Numbered from the stretch's first letter, positions 39,924 through 48,473 are shown. The stretch is DNA of 64,000 nucleotides from a virus (IMGVR_UViG_3300021387_000535:1-64000), one strand, 5' to 3'. Notes: generated by a model not told the origin, from the letters alone. Numbers and translations: made by a program.

Positions 39924-40346
39924 TTAACCCTTTCCTTTATTTTGTTTTTCGTAATCGAATAATATGCCGACTATTGCACGACAAATATCATGTGTTGACC
40001 TTTCCGTCGGTTTGGGAATCTTGTCGTAGTTGTGACATAGCCAATCCGCGAGTTTTTCCATACCGCCAAGCTTGGCTAATGAAACATCTTGTATGTCACT
40101 CGCCTTTTGGCACATGAACATATCACGTAGATACATTCCCCTTGTTATCGAACGCCCGTAAGTATGCTTTGCGACTACCCATACGCCCTCGTCGAGCGTG
40201 TCGTACAAACGCATGCTTATAGGCTCGTAGCAATACTTTTTACCACGGCGTACCTTTCGATACAACGCATTGTTGTAAGGAGGGCTTGGCTCAACGTACT
40301 CGACGTATCGTCCTTTTTCATTCTTGTAATAAAGTTTTCTTTCCAT
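39924..40346 (-). CDS. Hypothetical protein
   Basis: 140-aa ORF downstream of a consensus promoter. Confidence 0.65.
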   Translation of the reverse strand: MERKLYYKNEKGRYVEYVEPSPPYNNALYRKVRRGKKYCYEPISMRLYDTLDEGVWVVAKHTYGRSITRGMYLRDMFMCQKASDIQDVSLAKLGGMEKLADWLCHNYDKIPKPTERSTHDICRAIVGILFDYEKQNKGKG

Positions 40347-40373
40347 TTTGTGAACGTTTTATTTTTTTGTTTG

Positions 40374-40405
40374 CAAAGATAATTACTTAATTTCGATTCC
40401 GCAAA
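40374..40405 (-). promoter_or_regulatory. Bacteroidetes promoter
   Basis: TTTG-N20-TATCTTTG. Confidence 0.75.
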
Positions 40406-40425
40406 GATTTTTCGATATTTAACCA

Positions 40426-42501
40426 TTAGAACGGGGCTTCGTCGTATGTTGTTGCGGCGAAAGGCATTCCATCATCCGCGACCGCATTATCAAAAGCAAC
40501 CACCGTTTGTGTTGCTTGTCTTTCCCATCCATAGTGCACGTTTTCTTCTACCGTGTTCTTAAAGCGGCGGCTTTCAATTTCATATTGCATACCTACCATA
40601 AGGTCAACAACACCATAAAGTCTTTCTTTGCACACTTCAATGACATTTCCGAAACCTTGAAAACGCTGGATTTCGCTTTGCCCGAAAAACTCCGCACCAG
40701 CACGGAAAAAGTCATTATTCACACGATGGATTATAAATATTTTATCAACCGCATTTTGCAAATCCGATGTTCCGCTTATATCGTTTTTTCTAAGGAACGT
40801 GGTCACTTTCCTGGGGTGTGCAACCAATATGATGTGGACTTGGTTCTTTTTCGCAAAGTCCTTTATTTGTAAAATCAATTCACGTTGTTTGCTATTCTTG
40901 TCACCATCAAGAATGTCAATATCAAGGCTAAACAAATTATCCAAAGCAAAAACTTTTACACCAGCCTTTAACAACAATTCCATGTCGTGAAAGATTTGTT
41001 GCCATTTTGCCCCGTAATCGTTGTTGTACAAGAAAAACTTTCCGTCTAACCATTGGTCTATACGTTCGGCTATATTGTTCGGCACATAATATTTTCCGTC
41101 ACCATAGGTCGATTGTCGTAGGTTATTCTTACCTGCAGCAACCATTTGTACCCACGTTTTAAGAATGTCTGGCCGTAATTCTCCTGACCATAGCGCAACC
41201 TTTGCTCCTTGTTGTATTATATTTAGCAATAATGTATTCAACCACGATGATTTACCACTTGCATTACTACCAGATAATATGGTTACTTCGGACATATAAA
41301 GACCGATTATGTTCTTGTCAAGTTCGGTAAAGCCAGTAGCATAATGTTCCAACTTTGACAAATCCACTTTTTGTATAGATGACATGGAAAGCCATTTTTC
41401 TCCAAGTTCTGGAATTTCTTCTTTTATTTCATACCTTGGTTTTTGTGGCGCATATTGACGTGGTGCATATTGCGGTTGATACACAGGCCTGTCATAAGCA
41501 TTAGGCTCGTAGAACAAACGAAAATCTTTCCATCGTTTATCCTTACAATGCGAATGGGCGCACGTATATGTTATTTTCCCATCGGCATCTTGGAATAATG
41601 CAGATGAAAATGGATTGTTTGATGAATGAGTTTCGTGCCAAGGACACGTCTTTATTTCGTATTTTGTCGATGTTCCTTCTTGTTTTTTGCGATATTCTAT
41701 ACCATGTGACACCAACCAACTTTCCAAATCAAAACGTTCGCCTACACGCAACATTTTTGCCATCGGTTTAGGCTCTTCTTTCTTTGGCAACAAGTCCGCA
41801 AGTTCCTTGAATTTCTCTATCGGTGTAAGATTCAATTCCTTTGGAACGTATATTATTTCCGACATACGCCACGGTCTATCTTGTAAGTTTGCACCCTTCT
41901 TTGCCATTGTTCCATACAACTTACAAAGACGCGCAAGATTGAAAACCTTTGTGTCTATATCTACTTTATCGTCCGTATATACACTTGCAAGATATTCGTA
42001 GAACCGTTTCAACGTTTCCGTTGTTTCAACATCGTTCGGCATATCCACCTTGTAAACAAGATGTAATCCGTTACCGCTCTTGCATATTATAGGCTCACTA
42101 AAACCACAACCACGAAGAAAGACAAATACTTGCTGCGCTTTCTTGTGCGCGTATTCAAATTCTTCATTACTTGCGTTCGTGCCAGACTTTCTTACTGGGT
42201 CAAAATCCACAAATACAAAACAACGCTTAACTATATCGTTGTCGTTTGTCGTTATCTTTGGTGACTTGATTATTTTCTCACTTTGTTGTCTGCCATAACA
42301 AGCCGCATCAATTTTATTAAGAACAAAATAAATTTGTTCGTCATCCATTTCGGCGTATGGCTTTATCGTGTCGATAAGTTTTTCAACGTTGCTAAAGTAA
42401 CCGCTATATTGGAATCGCCCAAGAACACGTACCTCGGTAAAGCCGTTTTCCTTAACAAATAAATCCCACCACTTTCGTATAGTATCTTCGTTTATCATCA
42501 C
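40426..42501 (-). CDS. Primase-helicase fusion (AEP-like N-terminus plus SF4/Twinkle-like helicase)
   Basis: FVDFDP and SGNGLHL (AEP motifs); CPW..H..CAHSHC zinc site; Walker A GSNASGKS; ALDNL, VAHPRK, ISGTSD. Confidence 0.85.
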   Translation of the reverse strand: MMINEDTIRKWWDLFVKENGFTEVRVLGRFQYSGYFSNVEKLIDTIKPYAEMDDEQIYFVLNKIDAACYGRQQSEKIIKSPKITTNDNDIVKRCFVFVDFDPVRKSGTNASNEEFEYAHKKAQQVFVFLRGCGFSEPIICKSGNGLHLVYKVDMPNDVETTETLKRFYEYLASVYTDDKVDIDTKVFNLARLCKLYGTMAKKGANLQDRPWRMSEIIYVPKELNLTPIEKFKELADLLPKKEEPKPMAKMLRVGERFDLESWLVSHGIEYRKKQEGTSTKYEIKTCPWHETHSSNNPFSSALFQDADGKITYTCAHSHCKDKRWKDFRLFYEPNAYDRPVYQPQYAPRQYAPQKPRYEIKEEIPELGEKWLSMSSIQKVDLSKLEHYATGFTELDKNIIGLYMSEVTILSGSNASGKSSWLNTLLLNIIQQGAKVALWSGELRPDILKTWVQMVAAGKNNLRQSTYGDGKYYVPNNIAERIDQWLDGKFFLYNNDYGAKWQQIFHDMELLLKAGVKVFALDNLFSLDIDILDGDKNSKQRELILQIKDFAKKNQVHIILVAHPRKVTTFLRKNDISGTSDLQNAVDKIFIIHRVNNDFFRAGAEFFGQSEIQRFQGFGNVIEVCKERLYGVVDLMVGMQYEIESRRFKNTVEENVHYGWERQATQTVVAFDNAVADDGMPFAATTYDEAPF

Positions 42502-42677
42502 AAATTTGCTATTTCGTTGTCAATTTCAATAATTGTTTTCTTAGCAAGCGAAACCGCAGCATCAAGAATTATCCCGTTGCTTGTAAATATCGTAAAGTCG
42601 CTAACGTATATAAAGTTCGCAAGTTGTTCCCTACGTTTTATAAGCGCATTATATTTTTGAACTTGTTGCTCTGTCAT
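42498..42677 (-). CDS. Small 59-aa protein (not in ORF track)
   Basis: MTEQQVQKYNALIKRREQL...; ATGA-type overlaps at both ends. Confidence 0.55.
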   Translation of the reverse strand: MTEQQVQKYNALIKRREQLANFIYVSDFTIFTSNGIILDAAVSLAKKTIIEIDNEIANL

Positions 42678-43534
42678 TGCTTCTTGTATTTTTCGCTAAT
42701 TATACAGGGGATAGCGTTTTCCCATTTAATTCTATGGTGTAATCTTTGAATATGACTACCCATTGGTGCGATTTGAACACATGATGGTGCAACCATAACT
42801 GTATAAAATGATTTAACATAAGTCCCAACATCTTTGTAAAGTTCCGTTATACCTCCCTTGTTTTGTTGTGTATCTGCTTGGTCTAATTGAAACGGCAAAT
42901 AAGTAAGGAAAATATCTCCAGTTGCTCCAAGACCAACATAAGTATTTACAACTTCATTAAGAATACCCCTAAACGAAAATGGTCTATTTGTTAGGCAAAT
43001 AAAACTATTCATTGCTTTACGTTTCCAAATTACAGTTTCGTCATAACCGCCTATATGGTCTCCACCTTGACTAAAAGCGATAGTTTTTACATTTTCATTT
43101 GTGTTTAATAAAAACTCAACAAACCATCTAATTATAAGATTATAAGAACAAGTTTTTTTTGCACGTTCTTTGCGATGATGCCCAAAATAATAATAATCGT
43201 CATCCAATTCTTGAAAATAATCATATCCCAATTCCCTTGCTATATCAAAACACACATTTCTTGCAAATAAAATTGCATTTCTCTTTCCAAAATTATTCAT
43301 GGAATCTACATGTCTTGATGTTTCAAGTTTGTCAAATACATAAACATTTTCTTTTCCGTATTCATTGTAATACTCGTTTATTGTAGAATCTTCGTTATCA
43401 CAAACCACAATTATTCTACCAGTATATCCACAAGAACGCAGTAAATCATAAGTATCTCTAAGATGTGGTCTTCCGTGTGAAAGTATAAAAACCACAAATT
43501 TTCTAAAATCCATTTTAAGCAAGTTCGAGTTCAT
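42674..43534 (-). CDS. GREB1-like / TET-associated glycosyltransferase (TAGT, GT-A fold)
   Basis: ILSHGRP, VCDNED, ARN.CFDIA.ELGY.YF.ELDDDY (DxD), AFSQGGD, GGITELY..GTYVKSFY.VM..PS, HH.I.W motifs. Confidence 0.8.
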   Translation of the reverse strand: MNSNLLKMDFRKFVVFILSHGRPHLRDTYDLLRSCGYTGRIIVVCDNEDSTINEYYNEYGKENVYVFDKLETSRHVDSMNNFGKRNAILFARNVCFDIARELGYDYFQELDDDYYYFGHHRKERAKKTCSYNLIIRWFVEFLLNTNENVKTIAFSQGGDHIGGYDETVIWKRKAMNSFICLTNRPFSFRGILNEVVNTYVGLGATGDIFLTYLPFQLDQADTQQNKGGITELYKDVGTYVKSFYTVMVAPSCVQIAPMGSHIQRLHHRIKWENAIPCIISEKYKKQ

Positions 43535-43913
43535 ATAATTTCTTCATTTTATCATTCAACGAAACAAAACCTAATTCAATAGCCTTATCAAAATCTATTA
43601 TCACAAGTGCAAGTTTTTCCATAAGTTCTTGCATTTCGCTGCTTGCGCTTGCGTAATAATCGGCTATTGACTCATAATTAAATTCAATAAACCTTGAAGC
43701 AGCCCTTTGCAAAAATATCTTTTCCTGCTGTGTTATATTAGCATTCTCTATTTGCCTAATAAGCCTCAGATATTTTTGGTCGTCATAACAAGCGTGAATA
43801 TTCCCCCCATTTTCTCTTGGTGTATAAATTGGGGTTTGTACTTTGCGAGAATATTTCTTTTCGGTATCGCTTAATTCAATTTTTTCGTAGCCAAATAAAT
43901 CTTGTTGTTTCAT
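43515..43913 (-). CDS. TAGT-linked partner protein
   Basis: YS.K...PIY.P, FL..AA.R...FNY..IADYYA, MEKLALVIIDFDKAIE.GFV motif recalled from phage genes adjacent to TAGT. Confidence 0.65.
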   Translation of the reverse strand: MKQQDLFGYEKIELSDTEKKYSRKVQTPIYTPRENGGNIHACYDDQKYLRLIRQIENANITQQEKIFLQRAASRFIEFNYESIADYYASASSEMQELMEKLALVIIDFDKAIELGFVSLNDKMKKLYELELA

Positions 43914-43925
43914 AGCTTTATATTT

Positions 43926-44804
43926 TTATATTTTATTCCACATTTTGTTATTACTATCCCAAACAATAAAACCGCCACCATTTCCAAGAAACACCTTTGC
44001 GCCGTTAGGACGGTTTTCATCGGTATATCCATCCGAAACATGGCCATAGTACATTCCAACATAAACATAGCAATTAAAGTAATCGCTCCATGATAAAGCA
44101 CCGTCGCATATTGGCGTGTATTCGTCCGTTTTTATATCCTCACCAACGGTAACGTATAATTCCCATGCACGTTGTTTGCCAAGATAGGTTTGTAGCATCT
44201 TTGGTTCTGGAAAGAATTTCTTTTGTGCTTTTGCTTGATTACGTGCCTTTGTTTCGCGTTGTACGGCCAATTCAAGATACGGCAATACTTTTTGCCAATC
44301 CTTATGTCGTTTGGTAAAATCTTTATATTCCGTATCAATGCCACGCGACTTTCCTCCCATTTTCTTGTATGCGGAAACAAACTCGGCAAACTTTTCTTTA
44401 TATTCTTTTTCTTCTTTCTTTATTTCTTTATCAAAGATATTCTTAGTATTACGAATAATATTATTATTAGTATTTATTTGTGATTGATTATCCACATTAA
44501 GGTTTTCCATATTTGGGTTTTCGTAAAAAGTATAGTCGTTTCCTAAAATCATTCCCTTTTCGTTTCTATTAGTTACAACCTTGCAATATCCGCGTTCTTT
44601 AAGTTCATCTATTGCAGAATAAACGGCGGTTGTTCCTTCCTTAATAGTCGCACAAATCCCCTTTATTGAAAAATCCCAATTTTCTGGTAAAGACAAAATA
44701 GTAGCCAACAATCCCTTCGCTTTCAATGATAGTTCTTTGTCGCGCAAGAACACGTTGGATATTGTCGTGTAATTGGCATTTTTAATTCTTGTTACTTTGT
44801 TCAT
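43926..44804 (-). CDS. Phage replication initiator (N-terminal winged HTH)
   Basis: NYTTISN..LRDKELSLKAKGLL..ILSLP..WDFS...ELKERGY motif. Confidence 0.8.
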   Translation of the reverse strand: MNKVTRIKNANYTTISNVFLRDKELSLKAKGLLATILSLPENWDFSIKGICATIKEGTTAVYSAIDELKERGYCKVVTNRNEKGMILGNDYTFYENPNMENLNVDNQSQINTNNNIIRNTKNIFDKEIKKEEKEYKEKFAEFVSAYKKMGGKSRGIDTEYKDFTKRHKDWQKVLPYLELAVQRETKARNQAKAQKKFFPEPKMLQTYLGKQRAWELYVTVGEDIKTDEYTPICDGALSWSDYFNCYVYVGMYYGHVSDGYTDENRPNGAKVFLGNGGGFIVWDSNNKMWNKI

Positions 44805-44826
44805 ATAGCAGTTTTATTAAAAACCT

Positions 44827-44936
44827 AATGGGCAATACTACTCGTTGCTGCTATTCAACTTTCATATCGCCCATTTCGGCAAAAATAGTTATAACTTTAT
44901 ATCTTTACGTCTTTGCGTCTAAATAGCAGACAACGC
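44827..44936 (-). ncRNA. Putative cis-regulatory leader RNA with complementary loops (rep)
   Basis: Two hairpins; loop AAUAGCAG complementary to CUGCUAUU; second hairpin followed by a U-run. Confidence 0.55.
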
Positions 44937-44958
44937 ATCAACGATTAAATTCTTTGTG

Positions 44959-44990
44959 CAAAGATAACACATCTAACCTATATATGCAAA
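44959..44990 (-). promoter_or_regulatory. Bacteroidetes promoter for the replication operon
   Basis: TTTG-N20-TATCTTTG. Confidence 0.8.
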
Positions 44991-45003
44991 TTTTTAACCT
45001 ACA

Positions 45004-45747
45004 TTAACCAAATAGGCTCGTTTGCACTATGGTTTGCCCGTTTTTATCTTTTATAATGCCGTGGCATAACCTTTCAAATCGCTCATTGCCCTTGTTAAAA
45101 TATAGCGGCTCTACCTCGCAACCCACATAATCAAAACCCATCTTATAGGCGGCAACCCTACTCGATTGGCTACCCATCATAGGGTCGAATATCAAATCAC
45201 CATCATTGGCATAGTTCTTCAATATCCACGCATACAAATCGACTGGCTTTTGCGTGGGATGGAAACGAACATCATCCTTCGTGCTTTGTTGCCTAAACTC
45301 GACAATCTTTGCATTGCCTTGGAACGACGTCCAAGCATACTCACACATCGCCATAGAGAAATTCTCTGGTATGTGCTTCTTCCATACTAAAAAACATCGC
45401 GTAGGCGGCATGCCGCTAAAATAATTAGCACCCCATATAATCTGGTTCTTGCTAACACGGAATAATTGCTCAAAGAACTCATCACTAGGCGTTTTATCCC
45501 ACTCGTTAATGTCAATGGAAACGCCATCGATATTGCGATAACGATTAAAACGCCCCTTGTGGAAACGACCGCCCTTGATGAATGCTTCACTATTGTCATG
45601 CGAGTACGGAGGGTCAGCTATCGCCAAATCAAAGTAATCGTCTTTTAGTGTGCGCATAAAAGTTACACAGTCAACATTATAAACATCCGACTTAATTTCT
45701 TTCTTCGTATTTCCATTCATATCCTTTGTGATGTTTTCTTTTTCCAT
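45004..45747 (-). CDS. DNA amino-methyltransferase (beta class, m6A/m4C)
   Basis: IADPPY (motif IV), HPTQKP, DPMMGSQSS (variant motif I); start may be 45720. Confidence 0.88.
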   Translation of the reverse strand: MEKENITKDMNGNTKKEIKSDVYNVDCVTFMRTLKDDYFDLAIADPPYSHDNSEAFIKGGRFHKGRFNRYRNIDGVSIDINEWDKTPSDEFFEQLFRVSKNQIIWGANYFSGMPPTRCFLVWKKHIPENFSMAMCEYAWTSFQGNAKIVEFRQQSTKDDVRFHPTQKPVDLYAWILKNYANDGDLIFDPMMGSQSSRVAAYKMGFDYVGCEVEPLYFNKGNERFERLCHGIIKDKNGQTIVQTSLFG

Positions 45748-46180
45748 TACAACATTTTGCTATTAGTTGGTTGGTGAAACCGTCTTTTTCCGCTTCTCTC
45801 GCAGAGCGATAACGCTTTATAACAACTCCGTTGAGTAACCTTTCAACGGGTCGCTCACGTTTGTTTAATCCATTTCTATATGCGTGTATTAAATTCTCGC
45901 TATAAGTACACCATTCGAGATTGTCAACGCGGTTATTTTGCTTGTCCCCATCTTTGTGATTTATACACGGATATATGTTTGGATTTTGTATAAAATGTTC
46001 AGCCACAATTCTGTGTATATTATAAGTTCTACCATCAATTTTCACATTTAGATAGCCACTCTTTTGTAGTTGAGGGATAATTTTCCTGCCGCTACGCAAA
46101 GAATAAACATTCCCGAAACTACTTATGCGGTATCTATCCTCAAAGTTTTTTATAGGTAGCCATTTTTCAGTATCTATCAT
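45692..46180 (-). CDS. NUMOD4-HNH homing endonuclease
   Basis: WLPIKNFEDRYRISSFGNV (NUMOD4); IHRIVAEHF, INHKDGDKQNNRVDNLEWCT..EN (HNH); NUMOD1-like tail. Confidence 0.92.
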   Translation of the reverse strand: MIDTEKWLPIKNFEDRYRISSFGNVYSLRSGRKIIPQLQKSGYLNVKIDGRTYNIHRIVAEHFIQNPNIYPCINHKDGDKQNNRVDNLEWCTYSENLIHAYRNGLNKRERPVERLLNGVVIKRYRSAREAEKDGFTNQLIAKCCNGKRKHHKGYEWKYEERN

Positions 46181-46186
46181 TGTTTT

Positions 46187-46280
46187 ATAAAAAAATCCCC
46201 AAGTGTTCAGAGTATGGGTCGAGCATACACCTACTTACAAGGGAATTAAGTATTTCTATTCGGATTCTCGACCAATCCAA
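46187..46280 (-). ncRNA. Putative kissing-loop leader RNA (HNH)
   Basis: Hairpin loops GGUCGAG and CUCGACC are exactly complementary; second hairpin followed by U7. Confidence 0.6.
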
Positions 46281-46294
46281 TCAACTTTCTTATG

Positions 46295-46326
46295 CAAAGG
46301 TACTAATAATTCCGCATATAGCCAAA
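46295..46326 (-). promoter_or_regulatory. Bacteroidetes promoter for the HNH gene
   Basis: TTTG-N20-TACCTTTG. Confidence 0.78.
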
Positions 46327-46345
46327 CGAACAAATTGCATTTTAC

Positions 46346-46399
46346 TTATATTTGCAAAACGAAATCAATATTGTAAACTTCACTTCTTAATTCTTTCAT
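46346..46399 (-). pseudogene. Orphaned 5' end of a methyltransferase gene
   Basis: MKELRSEVYNID matches KEIKSDVYNVD at the methyltransferase N-terminus. Confidence 0.65.
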
Positions 46400-46775
46400 C
46401 TTTCTTTTGTTTCGCTGCATACAACATCGCACTAACCTTGGAATAAATACCAACGTGCCGTAGCTTCTTTATCTTATCAAAATCACCGTCATCATTCGCT
46501 TGACGATAAGACTTACAAAGCATCTTTGGGACATCCAAACGCGATATTCGCTCATCATCACACAAACGACTCAACATGCTTACTTCTTTCTCCGTCGCCA
46601 CACACTCTCCGCGCATGTTGTCGGATATGATGCCATCAAGCCAAGTACCTAAACCGTGCTTCGTCGCCATGTGCCGCAGCCGTGATAGATAACTACGGCA
46701 CATGGCTTGAAGAGATTCGTTACGAAGATAATCCATAAAACCCTCTTTTGCTTTCGTAAACGAACATAACATCAT
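46380..46775 (-). CDS. Hypothetical protein
   Basis: Operon context. Confidence 0.6.
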   Translation of the reverse strand: MMLCSFTKAKEGFMDYLRNESLQAMCRSYLSRLRHMATKHGLGTWLDGIISDNMRGECVATEKEVSMLSRLCDDERISRLDVPKMLCKSYRQANDDGDFDKIKKLRHVGIYSKVSAMLYAAKQKKDERIKK

Positions 46776-47128
46776 TAGAACGGCAAACCGTCGTTAGAAG
46801 CTTGAGGACTCACCACCTGCGGTTGTGGCTTCGACGGCGGAGCTACCTCTTGATTTACTCCGCCAACCAACGACACACGATAGGCCACGACATCGTTGAA
46901 CCACTTGCCATTCCACTCACGCGCACTTATGTCAAAAAACACTTGCACATCCTTTCCCGTCATAATACCCATCTGCGACCATTTCTCTTCACCGAAGACT
47001 ACAAACGCACACTTCTTCGGGTACTCACCTCGCGTCTCTATCACAAAGCCGTTTTTGACAATCTCACCATTCTTGCCGTTGAAACGTTGCGTCTCCAAGA
47101 CGGCAATAACTTTTCCTGTAATATCCAT
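46775..47128 (-). CDS. DUF3127-family OB-fold (SSB-like) protein
   Basis: GKVIAVLE, YPKKCAF.VFG, FDISAREWNGKWFNDV.AY, DGLPF tail. Confidence 0.85.
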   Translation of the reverse strand: MDITGKVIAVLETQRFNGKNGEIVKNGFVIETRGEYPKKCAFVVFGEEKWSQMGIMTGKDVQVFFDISAREWNGKWFNDVVAYRVSLVGGVNQEVAPPSKPQPQVVSPQASNDGLPF

Positions 47129-47212
47129 AAAACTATATTTTAAAATAAACTTAATTGTTGCTTTTCTAACATGATTCTTTTGTTTGCCTTTTCATAATAT
47201 CCTTTGCTCAAT

Positions 47213-47434
47213 TCAAAGCCGCCGCATCCGCTTGTCGAAGATGCGCGTAAAAAACAGGTAGCGGATGCGACGCGGCGACGTGTAGTCCGCCCAGTGGAAG
47301 ACGGGCAGCCGCCTCGCCTTCAGCACCGGCCGCCGCAGCGTGTCGAGGTGGTGCCGCCACCAGACGGTGGCCGTCTCTCGGTCGCGCTCCAGTTCGGCAT
47401 ACACCTCCGCGTGGGTCATGGTTTGTGTGAGCAT
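47213..47434 (-). pseudogene. Probably 3'-truncated GC-rich gene at an island edge
   Basis: ORF ends where composition switches from GC-rich to AT-rich (~47215). Confidence 0.45.
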
Positions 47435-47441
47435 GATTCTA

Positions 47442-47482
47442 AGTTAAGAGTTAAGAGTGAAGAGTGAAGAATTTGCTACCGC
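47442..47482 (+). repeat. Prevotella-type heptamer interspersed repeat
   Basis: AGTTAAG x2, AGTGAAG x2, then AATTTGCTACCGC. Confidence 0.6.
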
Positions 47483-48132
47483 ACCAGCTCGAAGGTGTAG
47501 GCGAATACCCACGGGTTGCTGTTCCATGTACCACGCTTGCATACTTTATCAATGAGCGACTGAAAAGCGAGCCGTGGAGTCTTGAACGTGATATGGTTTG
47601 GAACGTCACCCCACTCGTCGAAGTAATACTTATCCCATGTATTCATGAACTCGCCCTCATGTATGCCCTCACGCATGATGTCGGCCTCGCTGATGCTTTG
47701 CAAGCGTTCAGCCTTGATGCTCTTAATGCGGATACGGTTCGGGCAGTAGTAGGCACTCACAAACATCTTGTTTTCCCAACCGCCTGAATCCATGAGTTCT
47801 CCGATATACTGACCATTCGCCTCCAGTTGAGAGTCAAGCCATTCTCGGTTCTGCTGAGCTGTCACCTTGTAGGGCTGTGCGATGGCTATTTCTTCCCCCA
47901 CCCTGTAGGCAGGCTGATTATCCTTTGGCACCAGGTAGCCGTTGCGCCCTATCTGGAACAGAGCCGTGCCGTCGCTCGCTATAAACATATCGTCGGGCTC
48001 TATGGCTTCCATTGTGCCGTTCTCTAACTTGCGGTGCAATGTCAGCGTACAAATGCGCCGCGTCATGTCCTTTGTCCCATCGAGCACTGACTGCTGGAGT
48101 CCGAAGTGCTCGTTAAACATTATCTTCTTCAT
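47476..48132 (-). CDS. ASCH/PUA-like domain protein
   Basis: MKKIMF...VLDG.K.MTRR start; ERLQSISE.D...EG; W..NPWVFAY.F end. Confidence 0.7.
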   Translation of the reverse strand: MKKIMFNEHFGLQQSVLDGTKDMTRRICTLTLHRKLENGTMEAIEPDDMFIASDGTALFQIGRNGYLVPKDNQPAYRVGEEIAIAQPYKVTAQQNREWLDSQLEANGQYIGELMDSGGWENKMFVSAYYCPNRIRIKSIKAERLQSISEADIMREGIHEGEFMNTWDKYYFDEWGDVPNHITFKTPRLAFQSLIDKVCKRGTWNSNPWVFAYTFELVR

Positions 48133-48134
48133 GG

Positions 48135-48473
48135 CTATTCAAGCTTGATAAATTCCTCGAACTCCTTTTGCTCTATCTCGTCGAGTCTTTTTGCAAGTTT
48201 CTCGCCTACGCGGATAGCCTGCTCGATGACTCTATCTTCGGCTTCCTCATCATTTACAAAATAATGAGCGAAATGCCCATTGATGACAGAGTTCGCCACA
48301 TAGAAACGACGGTCAATCATTGCCGCCTTTCGCCCCATATCGTAGGCAAGCACGGCTTCATTTACGGCATTCATCATCGAAACGACTTCCATTCCGCACT
48401 CCATCTTGGCGGCAGGTATAGCCATTTTCTTGATGCGAGCCACAATCATGTTAGTGTCACTTGTCAGTTTCAT
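48135..48473 (-). CDS. Hypothetical protein
   Basis: 112-aa ORF in the island. Confidence 0.55.
   Translation of the reverse strand: MKLTSDTNMIVARIKKMAIPAAKMECGMEVVSMMNAVNEAVLAYDMGRKAAMIDRRFYVANSVINGHFAHYFVNDEEAEDRVIEQAIRVGEKLAKRLDEIEQKEFEEFIKLE

Noticed and set aside
44488-44496. Perfect DnaA box TTATCCACA inside the replication initiator gene
   Set aside because: A second copy occurs in the fibre gene (19765-19773); one or two copies in 64 kb is compatible with chance and no cluster is present
45692-46363. Group I intron in the methyltransferase
   Set aside because: Only ~180 nt lie outside the HNH ORF and they are occupied by a promoter and hairpins; no terminal G at the expected junction
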